From NCBI GenBank assembly GCA_001189075.1, contig LFCN01000006.1, positions 386,041-450,040 of the forward strand: 64,000 bases of DNA, in the 5' to 3' direction. The stretch is from Parcubacteria bacterium C7867-004. GTDB lineage: Bacteria > Patescibacteriota > Minisyncoccia > Phycocordibacterales > Phycocordibacteraceae. This document shows positions 19,853 to 28,208 of the stretch, piece by piece; position 1 is the stretch's first letter; every line of letters begins with the position of its first letter. The translations under genes and the position numbers were made by a program. The notes beneath the pieces were generated by a model. That model made no database searches, had not been told where the DNA came from, and saw only the letters and a program-made list of their open reading frames with translations.

Positions 19853-20407
19853 ATGGAAGAGATCGAAGTGAAGGCAGTACTCAAAGATAAGGATGGCGTC
19901 ATAGCAAAGCTTAAGGAGCTCGGCTGCGAATTCGGCTCGGCGGTCGTGCAAGAGGATACGATCTACGCTAAAGAGGTCGGATCACTGAGTACATTCCTTT
20001 CAAACGAGCTATTCCTCAGGCTTCGCGTGCATGACGGCGGAAAGGTCATCTTCACCGCGAAATACCATAAAGATCGGGAGCGTTCGCTCCTCTCGGCTCC
20101 TACCGAGCATGAGGTCGGAGTCGATGATCGGGATACGATGGAACGGATACTCATGCTTCAGGGATATCAGGAAGCGATGCGGGTCAATAAGAAGCGAATG
20201 ACCGGACACTACAAGCAGTGGGAGATCTGCCTCGACGAAGTGGAAGGGCTCGGCTCGTTCATCGAAGTGGAGCAGCTCGCTGATACAAGCGTGTCGGTGA
20301 AGGAGGTCCAGGATGCGATGTACGAGTTCTTGGCAACGCTCGGCATCGAGAAAGAAGAGGGTACCGTCATGCGATACGACATAATGCTTTTAAATAAAAA
20401 TACATAA
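19853..20407 (+). CDS. CYTH-domain protein (class IV adenylate cyclase-like)
   Basis: EIEVK N-terminal motif, QEDTIY, LRLR, LDEVEGLGSFIEVE. Confidence 0.88.
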   Translation: MEEIEVKAVLKDKDGVIAKLKELGCEFGSAVVQEDTIYAKEVGSLSTFLSNELFLRLRVHDGGKVIFTAKYHKDRERSLLSAPTEHEVGVDDRDTMERILMLQGYQEAMRVNKKRMTGHYKQWEICLDEVEGLGSFIEVEQLADTSVSVKEVQDAMYEFLATLGIEKEEGTVMRYDIMLLNKNT

Positions 20408-20409
20408 CT

Positions 20410-20646
20410 ATGGAAACCGTCCGAACCGGCATCTATTACCACTTCAAGGATCCTGAGAAGCTCTATCGGGTCCAAGGGACCGCGTTCCATACGGAGACCG
20501 AGGAGACCATGGTGGTATACCAGCCGCTTTACGACGATGCGGTCGCGCCGCTGTGCGTCCGTCCGCTTACCATGTTTCTCGAAGACGTTGATCGTCCCGA
20601 ACTGGGATACAAAGGACCCCGTTTCATCTTCGTTCGCGAATCCTGA
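20410..20646 (+). CDS. DUF1653-family protein
   Basis: GIYYHFK...HTETEETMVVYQPLY...VRPLTMF...PRF. Confidence 0.85.
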   Translation: METVRTGIYYHFKDPEKLYRVQGTAFHTETEETMVVYQPLYDDAVAPLCVRPLTMFLEDVDRPELGYKGPRFIFVRES

Positions 20647-20714
20647 TATCAGAGCTTTTCCTATCCACACCTCGGCTTGCGTCCCTACTGAGGCGGGCTA
20701 CCATAAGCACACGG

Positions 20715-21005
20715 ATGGATGACTTCCTCAAGATGGATATTTTCTTCGGCGTGACGACAGTCGCGGTCGTTTTGATAACCGTTCTCTTGTCGTTGGTGCT
20801 CATCCGGGTGCTGCGCCTTCTAAGCGTCGTCGAGCGGGTAACCCTGCTCGTCGAAGAAGAGGGCGAGCAGATCCGGGATGACATCCGGAATGTACGCGCG
20901 AAGGTAAAGGAAGAGGGAGTCCGGGTCGGGCAGATGCTCGGTTTGCTCGGTTCGTTCGCAAAGCCGAAACCTAGAACGCGTCGCAAGAAGGAATCATCAT
21001 CATAA
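20715..21005 (+). CDS. Small single-TM protein (YtxG/DUF948-like architecture)
   Basis: N-terminal TM then amphipathic helix; directly precedes a YtxH-like gene. Confidence 0.55.
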   Translation: MDDFLKMDIFFGVTTVAVVLITVLLSLVLIRVLRLLSVVERVTLLVEEEGEQIRDDIRNVRAKVKEEGVRVGQMLGLLGSFAKPKPRTRRKKESSS

Positions 21006-21026
21006 AAACAAATCATTCAGCTATTT

Positions 21027-21503
21027 ATGGCAACGAAGAAAACAGCAAAGAAGAGCGCGCCGAAGAAAAGCAGCGGCAAGAAGATGACCAAGATGCAGGC
21101 AGCTGAGCTCGGTGCAGGCGTACTCGCAGCGGTAGCCGCTGCAGGTGCAGCCGGCTACTATTTCTATGGCAGCAAGAACGCGAAGAAGCATCGCTCCGCA
21201 ACGTCCAAGTGGGCGAAGGGCCTTAAGGCCGACGTTGTCCGCGAGGCGAAGAAGCTCAAGGATCTCGATGAGAAGGCGATGGCCGTCATCGTAGAGAACG
21301 CAGCGAAGGCATACAAGAACGCGAAGGACGTCACTCCTGCGGATCTCAAGGCAGCGGTAGATGAGCTCAAGGGCAACTGGCAGAGCGTTCAGAAGGAACT
21401 CCGCCGCACGGGTTCTAAGGCAAAGTCTTCCGTAAAGAAGACGGTGAAGAAGGCAGCGCCAAAAAAGGCTGCTAAGAAGCCGGCAGCTAAGAAGCGCAAG
21501 TAG
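21027..21503 (+). CDS. YtxH-like protein with Lys/Ala-rich tails
   Basis: GAGVLAAVAAAGAAGYYFYG hydrophobic core, helical body, KKAAPKKAAKKPAAKK tails. Confidence 0.65.
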   Translation: MATKKTAKKSAPKKSSGKKMTKMQAAELGAGVLAAVAAAGAAGYYFYGSKNAKKHRSATSKWAKGLKADVVREAKKLKDLDEKAMAVIVENAAKAYKNAKDVTPADLKAAVDELKGNWQSVQKELRRTGSKAKSSVKKTVKKAAPKKAAKKPAAKKRK

Positions 21504-21517
21504 GCAGAAACGTACGG

Positions 21518-21546
21518 AAACCGCCGGCCGAGCGCCGGCGGTTTTT
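21518..21546 (+). terminator. Rho-independent terminator
   Basis: CCGCCGGC-CGAGC-GCCGGCGG followed by TTTTT. Confidence 0.85.
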
Positions 21547-21700
21547 CGTTTTACGCCGCTCATGAACGCTTCATTCCGCATTCGTATAGTGGCCTGATGC
21601 ACGCCCCCATGCGATTATTGGATGACCGCCAGTGCCGCGGCCTATGAGCTACGCCATGTTGGTAGCTGATAAGACCTGGGCTGGCGGTACGTCATACCTT

Positions 21701-22222
21701 ATGGACCAGGACGATACCAAAGCCTACTTCCTCCAGATTCACGACACCTACGCGAACGACATCTTCCGCTTCTGCCTTATGAAGGTTAGCAGCCGTGAGC
21801 TTGCGCAGGACCTCACCCAGGAGGTATTTATGCGCTTCTGGCAGGCGCTCCGGGAGGGTACGAAGATGCGTAGCGAACGCGCGCTCCTCTACACCATGGC
21901 CCGGAACCTGGTTATCGACTGGTACCGCAAGAAGAAGGAATCGTCACTCGATTCCTTAACCGAACAGGGTGTTGATTTCATGGGAGAAGACGGCTCCTCA
22001 ATCGAGCAGTCCGCTCAGATGCGCGAGGCCCTCGATTGCATCCGCGAACTTGATGAGTCCTCCCGCGAAGCGCTCACGCTCCGGTTTGTCGACGGCCTCT
22101 CGCCGAGCGACATCGCCAGCTTGTCCGGAGAATCAGCGAACGCCGTCTCCGTCCGCATCAATCGCGCCCTGAAGAAAGTCCGCACGCTCATGCATACCGA
22201 TGAACAACGAACACAAGACTAA
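21701..22222 (+). CDS. ECF RNA polymerase sigma factor
   Basis: AQDLTQEVF, LYTMARN.VIDWYRK region 2; region 4 HTH (LSPSDIA...VSVRINRA). Confidence 0.92.
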   Translation: MDQDDTKAYFLQIHDTYANDIFRFCLMKVSSRELAQDLTQEVFMRFWQALREGTKMRSERALLYTMARNLVIDWYRKKKESSLDSLTEQGVDFMGEDGSSIEQSAQMREALDCIRELDESSREALTLRFVDGLSPSDIASLSGESANAVSVRINRALKKVRTLMHTDEQRTQD

Positions 22223-23225
22223 TCCCATTACTTTCATACAGACGCTCCGCGAGCTGAAACTTCCACCGGAAGCGCTTGCCCGTATGCGCGAAGAACTATC
22301 CGCCTATGCCGACCTGCATGCGGTGCCTGCCGCCGCGCCTGCTGTTTTTCCGGCCTTCTCATTCTCGTTCATGCGCAGTCGCGGGTTCCTCGCAGGAGCT
22401 CTCGCGCTGGTGCTCGTCGTTGCAACCGGAGGCGAAGCGGCGCTCGCTTCCGAGAAGGCGCTTCCCGGCGACATCCTTTATTCGGTGAAGGTCTCGTTCG
22501 CTGAGCCCGTCGCGCTTGCGCTTGCGTCTCATGGTGAGAGCAAAGCTGAGCTTTCAACGGTATTTGCCACCCGCCGTATCGAAGAAGCGACGGCACTTTC
22601 CGAGATAGGCGAGCTTACCGACGAGCGTGCGGAGGAACTCGCTTCCCGGTTCGAGGCGCACCTAGATGTTGCTGATGAAGAGGCGAAGTCTATTGAAGCT
22701 AGTGGCAATGTGAGTGGCTCGCTCGCTGTACGCGCCGATATAGAGAAGGGCATAACCGAGCAGATCCGGGTTCTCGCTCCTGAAGATGCTTCCGCCGCAA
22801 GAGGAACGAGTGTCATGATGATGGGCGCGCCTGCTCCGAGCGAGTCTGCGCCCATGATGGCGAAGATGGCCGTTACGGAACCCGCCGTCGAGGACACCAT
22901 AGTTGCGGAGCCTGCAGAACCGAGCGTTGCCGAGGAACCAACGCCTAAGGACCGCTTCTTCGCGCGCATACAGGTGAAGGCGCAGGAGTTCACGCTCGCG
23001 CGTGAAGAACTTGAGAGCGCGCTATCGGTACAAGTCGATTCTTCAACGGAGGTGACTGGGGGTCTTGAGGATACCGACGCGGGAAGCCCGACATTCATTG
23101 TCGATGACAACCTTTTCTCCACAACGACCGTTGAAGCTACCAGCACGATTGAAGTGATGAAGTCGGAAGCAGGGACCGAGCCTTCCGCGGCTTCACGCTT
23201 CTTTACGCCGTTCTACAAGAAGTAG
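22200..23225 (+). CDS. Putative anti-sigma membrane protein (DUF5667-like)
   Basis: Overlaps sigma gene; TM followed by ALPGDILYSVK..E and RRIEEA. Confidence 0.7.
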   Translation: MNNEHKTNPITFIQTLRELKLPPEALARMREELSAYADLHAVPAAAPAVFPAFSFSFMRSRGFLAGALALVLVVATGGEAALASEKALPGDILYSVKVSFAEPVALALASHGESKAELSTVFATRRIEEATALSEIGELTDERAEELASRFEAHLDVADEEAKSIEASGNVSGSLAVRADIEKGITEQIRVLAPEDASAARGTSVMMMGAPAPSESAPMMAKMAVTEPAVEDTIVAEPAEPSVAEEPTPKDRFFARIQVKAQEFTLAREELESALSVQVDSSTEVTGGLEDTDAGSPTFIVDDNLFSTTTVEATSTIEVMKSEAGTEPSAASRFFTPFYKK

Positions 23226-23268
23226 AAGGAACGCCAAGGATATACGGGCGATGTGATAGCATGGGCCT

Positions 23269-24840
23269 ATGTTTTGGGCAGATCGTATAGGGAAGGAGAT
23301 TGAGGAACGCGTGCCATCAACCGATGGCGCGCCGCTTCTCGTTCGTGATGAAAAGACGCTTTCCGGTCGTGTACATATCGGTTCTATGCGCGGTGTGGCA
23401 ATCCATGGCCTTGTCTCCGAGGTCCTTTCTGAGCGAGGTATCAAGAACACGTATCGCTACGAGCTGAATGACTTTGATCCCTTCGATTCGATACCCGGCT
23501 ATCTAGACGAAGCGGTGTTCACCGAACACCTCGGAAAGCCGCTCTACCTGGTTCCTTCGCCAGAACCGGGGTTCGCGAACTATGCTGAGTACTTTGGTGC
23601 GGAGCTTCAGGAGGTTATCAAGAAGGCGGGCTTCAATCCCGAATACTACAAGGCCTATGCTGATCTCTATGCACCGGGAAAGATGGACGAGTGCATACGC
23701 ATCGCTCTTGATAGGGCGTCGGAAGTGCGAAGGATCCTGAAGGAGGTTTCTGGATCCGTAAAGGATGAGACGTGGCTGCCGATCTCGGTAGTCTGCGAAT
23801 CCTGCTCAAAGATGATGACGACGCGCGCTTCGGATTGGGATGGTGAGACGGTAGCGTATACATGCGACAAGGGTCCGGACGGGACCGTCCCGTGTGGGAA
23901 TACGGGACGCGTGTCGCCGTTTGGCGGCCGCGGAAAGCTGTTCTGGAAAGTGGACTGGGCGGCGAAGTGGACGGTGCAGGGAGTCGACGTCGAAGGCGCC
24001 GGCAAGGATCACTCCACAAAGGGCGGGTCTCGCGATGTGGCCAATCATGTCGCAAAGGAATTGTATGGGCTCGAGACGCCGTTCGATATCCCCTACGAGT
24101 TCTTCCTCGTGGGAGGGAAGAAGATGTCGTCTTCAAAGGGGCGCGGTTCTTCTGCACGGGAGATAAGCGAGTTGTTTCCGCCGGAAGTCTTTAGGCTCGC
24201 CCTTATTGGCAAAGACATCAATCAGCAGACAGACGTCGACCCTTCCGGGGATTCGGTACCGCGTATGTTCGATTGGTATGACGACTTGGCTGAGCGCGTC
24301 CGCGAGGGCGTTGCGGATGACTTCACTCGTCTCTATGCGCTTTGCCAGCTTCCCGAGAATCAGGCGGAGATACCGACTCCGTGGCAGCTCAGGTTCGGCC
24401 AGGTGGCATTCATCGTGCAGATGCCGCACTTGGTACTCGCGGATGAAGCTGAGCGTATTAAGGGTTCTCCCCTTAGCGAGGAAGAAAAAGAGAAGCTTGA
24501 GGAACGCGCCGAGTACGCTCGCTTCTGGCTTACGACCTACGCGCCTGAACAGTTCCGCTTCGTGCTTCAGGATCAGCCATCCGATTTTGCATATACTGAT
24601 GCGCAGAAGCGCGCATTCTCGCTGCTCGCTGATTTCATGGAGGAAGACGATCGAACGGGGGAAGAAGTGCATGCGCGCCTACACGAGCTCAAGACCGAGG
24701 CTGACATCAAGCCGTCGGAGCTTTTCGTCGGTCTCTATCAGGCATTCCTTGCTCGGGACTCAGGACCTAAAGCCGGCTGGTTCCTGTCGGTACTGCCGCG
24801 CGAGTTCGTCGTACGGAGTCTTCGTGAGGCGGGCCGATAA
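23269..24840 (+). CDS. lysS: Class I lysyl-tRNA synthetase
   Basis: FWAD, SGRVHIGS, WKVDWAAKW, GKDH, KMSSSKG, SGPKAG. Confidence 0.95.
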   Translation: MFWADRIGKEIEERVPSTDGAPLLVRDEKTLSGRVHIGSMRGVAIHGLVSEVLSERGIKNTYRYELNDFDPFDSIPGYLDEAVFTEHLGKPLYLVPSPEPGFANYAEYFGAELQEVIKKAGFNPEYYKAYADLYAPGKMDECIRIALDRASEVRRILKEVSGSVKDETWLPISVVCESCSKMMTTRASDWDGETVAYTCDKGPDGTVPCGNTGRVSPFGGRGKLFWKVDWAAKWTVQGVDVEGAGKDHSTKGGSRDVANHVAKELYGLETPFDIPYEFFLVGGKKMSSSKGRGSSAREISELFPPEVFRLALIGKDINQQTDVDPSGDSVPRMFDWYDDLAERVREGVADDFTRLYALCQLPENQAEIPTPWQLRFGQVAFIVQMPHLVLADEAERIKGSPLSEEEKEKLEERAEYARFWLTTYAPEQFRFVLQDQPSDFAYTDAQKRAFSLLADFMEEDDRTGEEVHARLHELKTEADIKPSELFVGLYQAFLARDSGPKAGWFLSVLPREFVVRSLREAGR

Positions 24841-24935
24841 CGTTTTTGCATCGTGCCGGTACGTGAAAGAAATGAACGTCTCATCCGTGTCTCTCGTTCA
24901 TCCGCAGGACAGGCACGTTTCCGTATAGTGCGTAC

Positions 24936-25385
24936 ATGAGCGTTGCACTGAAGATTATCGCCGCCTTGCTCGTGCTCGGCGGTTTATACGTCTGGGTGAG
25001 CGGACACTCTATAACGGCAGCGAAGCGGGATGCGGCAAAGACAACCGCATCCGTTCCCTCCGGATCCCTTACGGCGAGTGTCGTTACCGCAGTATCTCCT
25101 GAAGAAGGGAGATTCGAGGAAGAGGGCACTATCGTCCTTGATACGAGCCATGGTAGTCCTGGCACCCCCTTCATCCTCTATACCCGGTATGCGGAGAACG
25201 GGAAGCCGTCCATCCGTACGAAGCGTCTAGTATTCACCAACCAGGACCGCTGCGGCGAGAGTAACCTGCCGTGCGCGACGAACCAGCCGGGCGCTCCGGT
25301 TAATCCGGATGAGAAAGTGCGCGTAATCGGAACGGTGGAAGACGATACGGTAACGGTAGAGCAGCTGATACGTCTTTCTTCGTAG
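24936..25385 (+). CDS. Hypothetical exported protein
   Basis: N-terminal TM; OB-like C-terminus (KVRVIGTVEDDTVTV). Confidence 0.65.
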   Translation: MSVALKIIAALLVLGGLYVWVSGHSITAAKRDAAKTTASVPSGSLTASVVTAVSPEEGRFEEEGTIVLDTSHGSPGTPFILYTRYAENGKPSIRTKRLVFTNQDRCGESNLPCATNQPGAPVNPDEKVRVIGTVEDDTVTVEQLIRLSS

Positions 25386-25425
25386 TCACCAGTTAAAAAC
25401 CGCCTTCTTCCCGTATACTTCTCCT

Positions 25426-26103
25426 ATGAACCGCGCTACGTTCCTTACCTTCCTTGCGCTCATACTCCTCATTGCAGGAGGTACTATCTGGTACCTCACG
25501 TCTTCGCATGAGAAGGCGATTGAGAATCGGCAGCCTATCGTTGGGGAAGGTGCAACCGTTGCGGAGGGGCAAGCTATCTATACCAATGGCACGCACGGGT
25601 TCTCTGTTTTTTATCCGGAGTCCGCGACTGTCGATTACTCCTTCGATCCTACCTATCATCTTGCTTCTACCTGGCGCGCGAGCGCGCTTCCGGACTCAAC
25701 GGGTACACCGGTTGTCTCCTTCATTCCGTATTCTGTAAAGAGCGATTCAACCTACCCACGCTATTACATCGCTATGGTGCGCATCGGTGTCTCGGAAGAT
25801 CCTAAGGAAATCGCTTCTTGTCTTGAGCCGACGAAGGACCAAGGAGAGACGGAACTTCCGGACCGCGTTATCAATGGAACTACGTGGAAGGCATTCTCGT
25901 TCGAAAATGCCGGGATGATGCAGTACGCCCGCGGCATAAGCTATCGGAGCATCCATGAAGAGAAGTGCGTTGCCCTCGAGCAGATCCGCACCGGTTCGAG
26001 CTATCGCGATGAGCCGAAGGCTGAAGACATTGACGACAGCGTTCTGGATAAGGCGTATGAGGATTTGGATGCGATAGTCGCAGGAGTTACCTTCGTTCGC
26101 TGA
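25426..26103 (+). CDS. Hypothetical exported protein (PsbP-like segment)
   Basis: TM anchor; YTNGTHGFSVFYP; INGTTW...GMMQY. Confidence 0.65.
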   Translation: MNRATFLTFLALILLIAGGTIWYLTSSHEKAIENRQPIVGEGATVAEGQAIYTNGTHGFSVFYPESATVDYSFDPTYHLASTWRASALPDSTGTPVVSFIPYSVKSDSTYPRYYIAMVRIGVSEDPKEIASCLEPTKDQGETELPDRVINGTTWKAFSFENAGMMQYARGISYRSIHEEKCVALEQIRTGSSYRDEPKAEDIDDSVLDKAYEDLDAIVAGVTFVR

Positions 26104-26180
26104 TTGACTCAGGCGCCGACGCTTGCTACGTTCGTTTAGGGAATGTCGTGAGCATTCCGGGAATACCAGGGGAGGTTCGT

Positions 26181-26258
26181 ATGGCGACCCAGAAGAAGAA
26201 GCAGCGGAAGCAACAGCAACCGGGCTGGAAGCCCAACAAGAACAAGCGGACCGCGTAG
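26181..26258 (+). CDS. 25-aa basic small protein MATQKKKQRKQQQPGWKPNKNKRTA
   Basis: SD GGGGAGG 5 nt before ATG; terminator right after the stop. Confidence 0.55.
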   Translation: MATQKKKQRKQQQPGWKPNKNKRTA

Positions 26259-26268
26259 CCCGCATACC

Positions 26269-26296
26269 CGACGACCCTAGGTCGTCGTTTTCTTTT
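26269..26296 (+). terminator. Rho-independent terminator
   Basis: CGACGACC-CTA-GGTCGTCG-TTTTCTTTT. Confidence 0.8.
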
Positions 26297-26311
26297 GCTA
26301 TACTCGACTCA

Positions 26312-26815
26312 ATGGATATCAAGAAGGGCTCGTCGCTCTATGTCCGCAACATCATATTCGGCATTGAAGACAGTCTTGTCTCGACAGTCGGTCTCCTTTC
26401 CGGTATCGCGGTGGTGAACGTACCGCACCGTATAATTCTCGCTACCGGTCTTATCCTCATATTCGTCGAGGGCGTTTCCATGGCCATCGGAAGCTTTCTT
26501 TCTGAGGAGTCGGTGGAGGAATATGAGAGCGGCATGGCAGCCAAGGTGCTGCAGCCGATGCTCGGTGCTTTCGCGATGTTCTTGTCATACGTCATTGCAG
26601 GTTTTATCCCGCTCGCGCCGTACCTAATCTCTACGGGCGATACGGCTTTCTACTGGTCAATAGGGCTTTCCGTACTCGCTCTCGCCGTTGTCGGTTTCGT
26701 CCAGGCTAAAATATCAAAGGTTCCGGCGTTTTCTCGAACCGTCCGCATGGTGCTCCTTGGCGGATTTGCAATAGGTATTGGTATCCTGGTGGGCAGGCTA
26801 TTCGGTATTACTTAA
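26312..26815 (+). CDS. VIT1/CCC1-family transporter
   Basis: RNIIFGIEDSLVST.GLLSG, SMAIG.FLSE, G.IPLAPY. Confidence 0.88.
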   Translation: MDIKKGSSLYVRNIIFGIEDSLVSTVGLLSGIAVVNVPHRIILATGLILIFVEGVSMAIGSFLSEESVEEYESGMAAKVLQPMLGAFAMFLSYVIAGFIPLAPYLISTGDTAFYWSIGLSVLALAVVGFVQAKISKVPAFSRTVRMVLLGGFAIGIGILVGRLFGIT

Positions 26816-27001
26816 AAAGAGTCAATATATAGGCCATATTTTGGTCAGTCTCGAGCTTTGTATGCCTTGACTTATTGTCATCTATATGCTAAAACAATGG
26901 GGAAGTTCGAAGTTCGTTGACTTCTTGTTATAACCCGATACCTGACTGCAAGGCATGCAGACTCACGAGCCCAAGGGCTCTAAAACTCGTGGAGACCACA
27001 A

Positions 27002-28093
27002 ATGACCAATTCGCTTCAAGCCGCGCTCATCGCCGCGAACTTGGCCACCGAGGCCCAGATCGACAAGGCGCTCGAGCGCAGCCCTCCCCGCAAGTGCCGC
27101 AAGGCGCATCGCAAGTACGGGAGGTCGCACAGCGTTCGTTCGTTCAGGTGGGATCATCCCATGTTCGGCGCGCTGACCGTCTCGACTCTCAACTTCAACA
27201 TGTTGGAGTCGAAGCAGAACGGGCCCAACACCTGGGCTCGGCTCCACTCGCAAAAGAGGGAGCCCCGATCCGTCGACTTCACGCTCATGGACGAGCTGGC
27301 GGACGGTGTCCGTCTGCTCGTCATCGACTCGGGCAAAGTCACTGAGACCGAAACCCTGGACACCCTGCCGGAGTTCAACGTGCCGATCCGGTACGAAGGG
27401 GAACATCGTGTTCCGGCGACCCACGCCAAGACGGGGGACGACCGGGACCTGGTCTTCATCCGCCCAGACGGCAGCTTCGTGAACTTCGAAGTCTCCGTGG
27501 TCACCCGCAAGGGCGTCCACTGGGTCTGCGGCCAGGAAACCTACTGCGGCCAGATCGTCATCATGGAAGTCGGAGTCGCGCAAACGCTCGACCTCGACTG
27601 CTACGAAATCGACGGGATGGCCCTGTCGGTCGTCCCGCTCTACGAAGAGAACGCGTACCCCGACCACGAGAACCCGACGCGCTTCAGGAACTTCCTGAAG
27701 ATCCTGCCGGGCGCCACCGAGGTCCTCAAGTACGCGTACCGGCACAACGCCTACACTCCCGTCGAGGAGTGCGATCCGGCGGAATGGAAGCCCGAATGGC
27801 CCGAGCTCACCGAGCAACAGGTCAAGAAGGGCCTGAAGGCCGGCGTCGTCACCTTCTTCAACATGGTGATGGGCTGGGGCTTCGCGGTCTGCAAGGACGG
27901 CGAGGAACTGAAGTACTGCCAAGTCCACTTCGCTCAGATGATCGACGACGCTGGCGTCCCGATCGCCACCAAGGGCGAACTGCCAGTGCTCCAGCCGATG
28001 AGCGGCGTTCTCCTGAAGTACAAGGCGAACGAGGAGGGTAAGCTCGCGGCAACCGTGATCCGGGTGCCCGCCGCGCCGACCGAATCGGAATAA
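27002..28093 (+). CDS. Hypothetical protein with C-terminal cold-shock/OB-fold-like domain
   Basis: GVVTFFN...GWGFA (RNP1-like) and QVHFAQM (RNP2-like); GGAGA SD; strong codon bias. Confidence 0.7.
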   Translation: MTNSLQAALIAANLATEAQIDKALERSPPRKCRKAHRKYGRSHSVRSFRWDHPMFGALTVSTLNFNMLESKQNGPNTWARLHSQKREPRSVDFTLMDELADGVRLLVIDSGKVTETETLDTLPEFNVPIRYEGEHRVPATHAKTGDDRDLVFIRPDGSFVNFEVSVVTRKGVHWVCGQETYCGQIVIMEVGVAQTLDLDCYEIDGMALSVVPLYEENAYPDHENPTRFRNFLKILPGATEVLKYAYRHNAYTPVEECDPAEWKPEWPELTEQQVKKGLKAGVVTFFNMVMGWGFAVCKDGEELKYCQVHFAQMIDDAGVPIATKGELPVLQPMSGVLLKYKANEEGKLAATVIRVPAAPTESE

Positions 28094-28128
28094 CAAGAAA
28101 AGCAGCCGTAAAGAACGGCACCCAACTC

Positions 28129-28163
28129 GAGCGGAACCCCACCAGGTTCCGCTCTTTCTTTTT
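28129..28163 (+). terminator. Rho-independent terminator
   Basis: GAGCGGAACC-CCACCA-GGTTCCGCTC-TTTCTTTTT. Confidence 0.85.
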
Positions 28164-28208
28164 ATGGTTCACGCGTATTCGCGTGGTATTTTTGAGATAC
28201 GAGAATCT

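Noticed and set aside
23269-24840. Class I LysRS as a novelty or sign of archaeal contamination
   Set aside because: Class I LysRS is known in several bacterial lineages, and composition matches neighbouring genes.
26123-26311. N-terminal extension of the VIT1 ORF (similar extensions at 8327, 14543, 15526, 19706, 31496, 44724, 51342, 53103)
   Set aside because: Extensions overlap other genes or terminators; downstream ATGs match family starts and most have -10 boxes just upstream.
26963-28096. 377-aa minus-strand ORF
   Set aside because: Antisense shadow of the strongly codon-biased + strand gene, which has the SD, motif and terminator.
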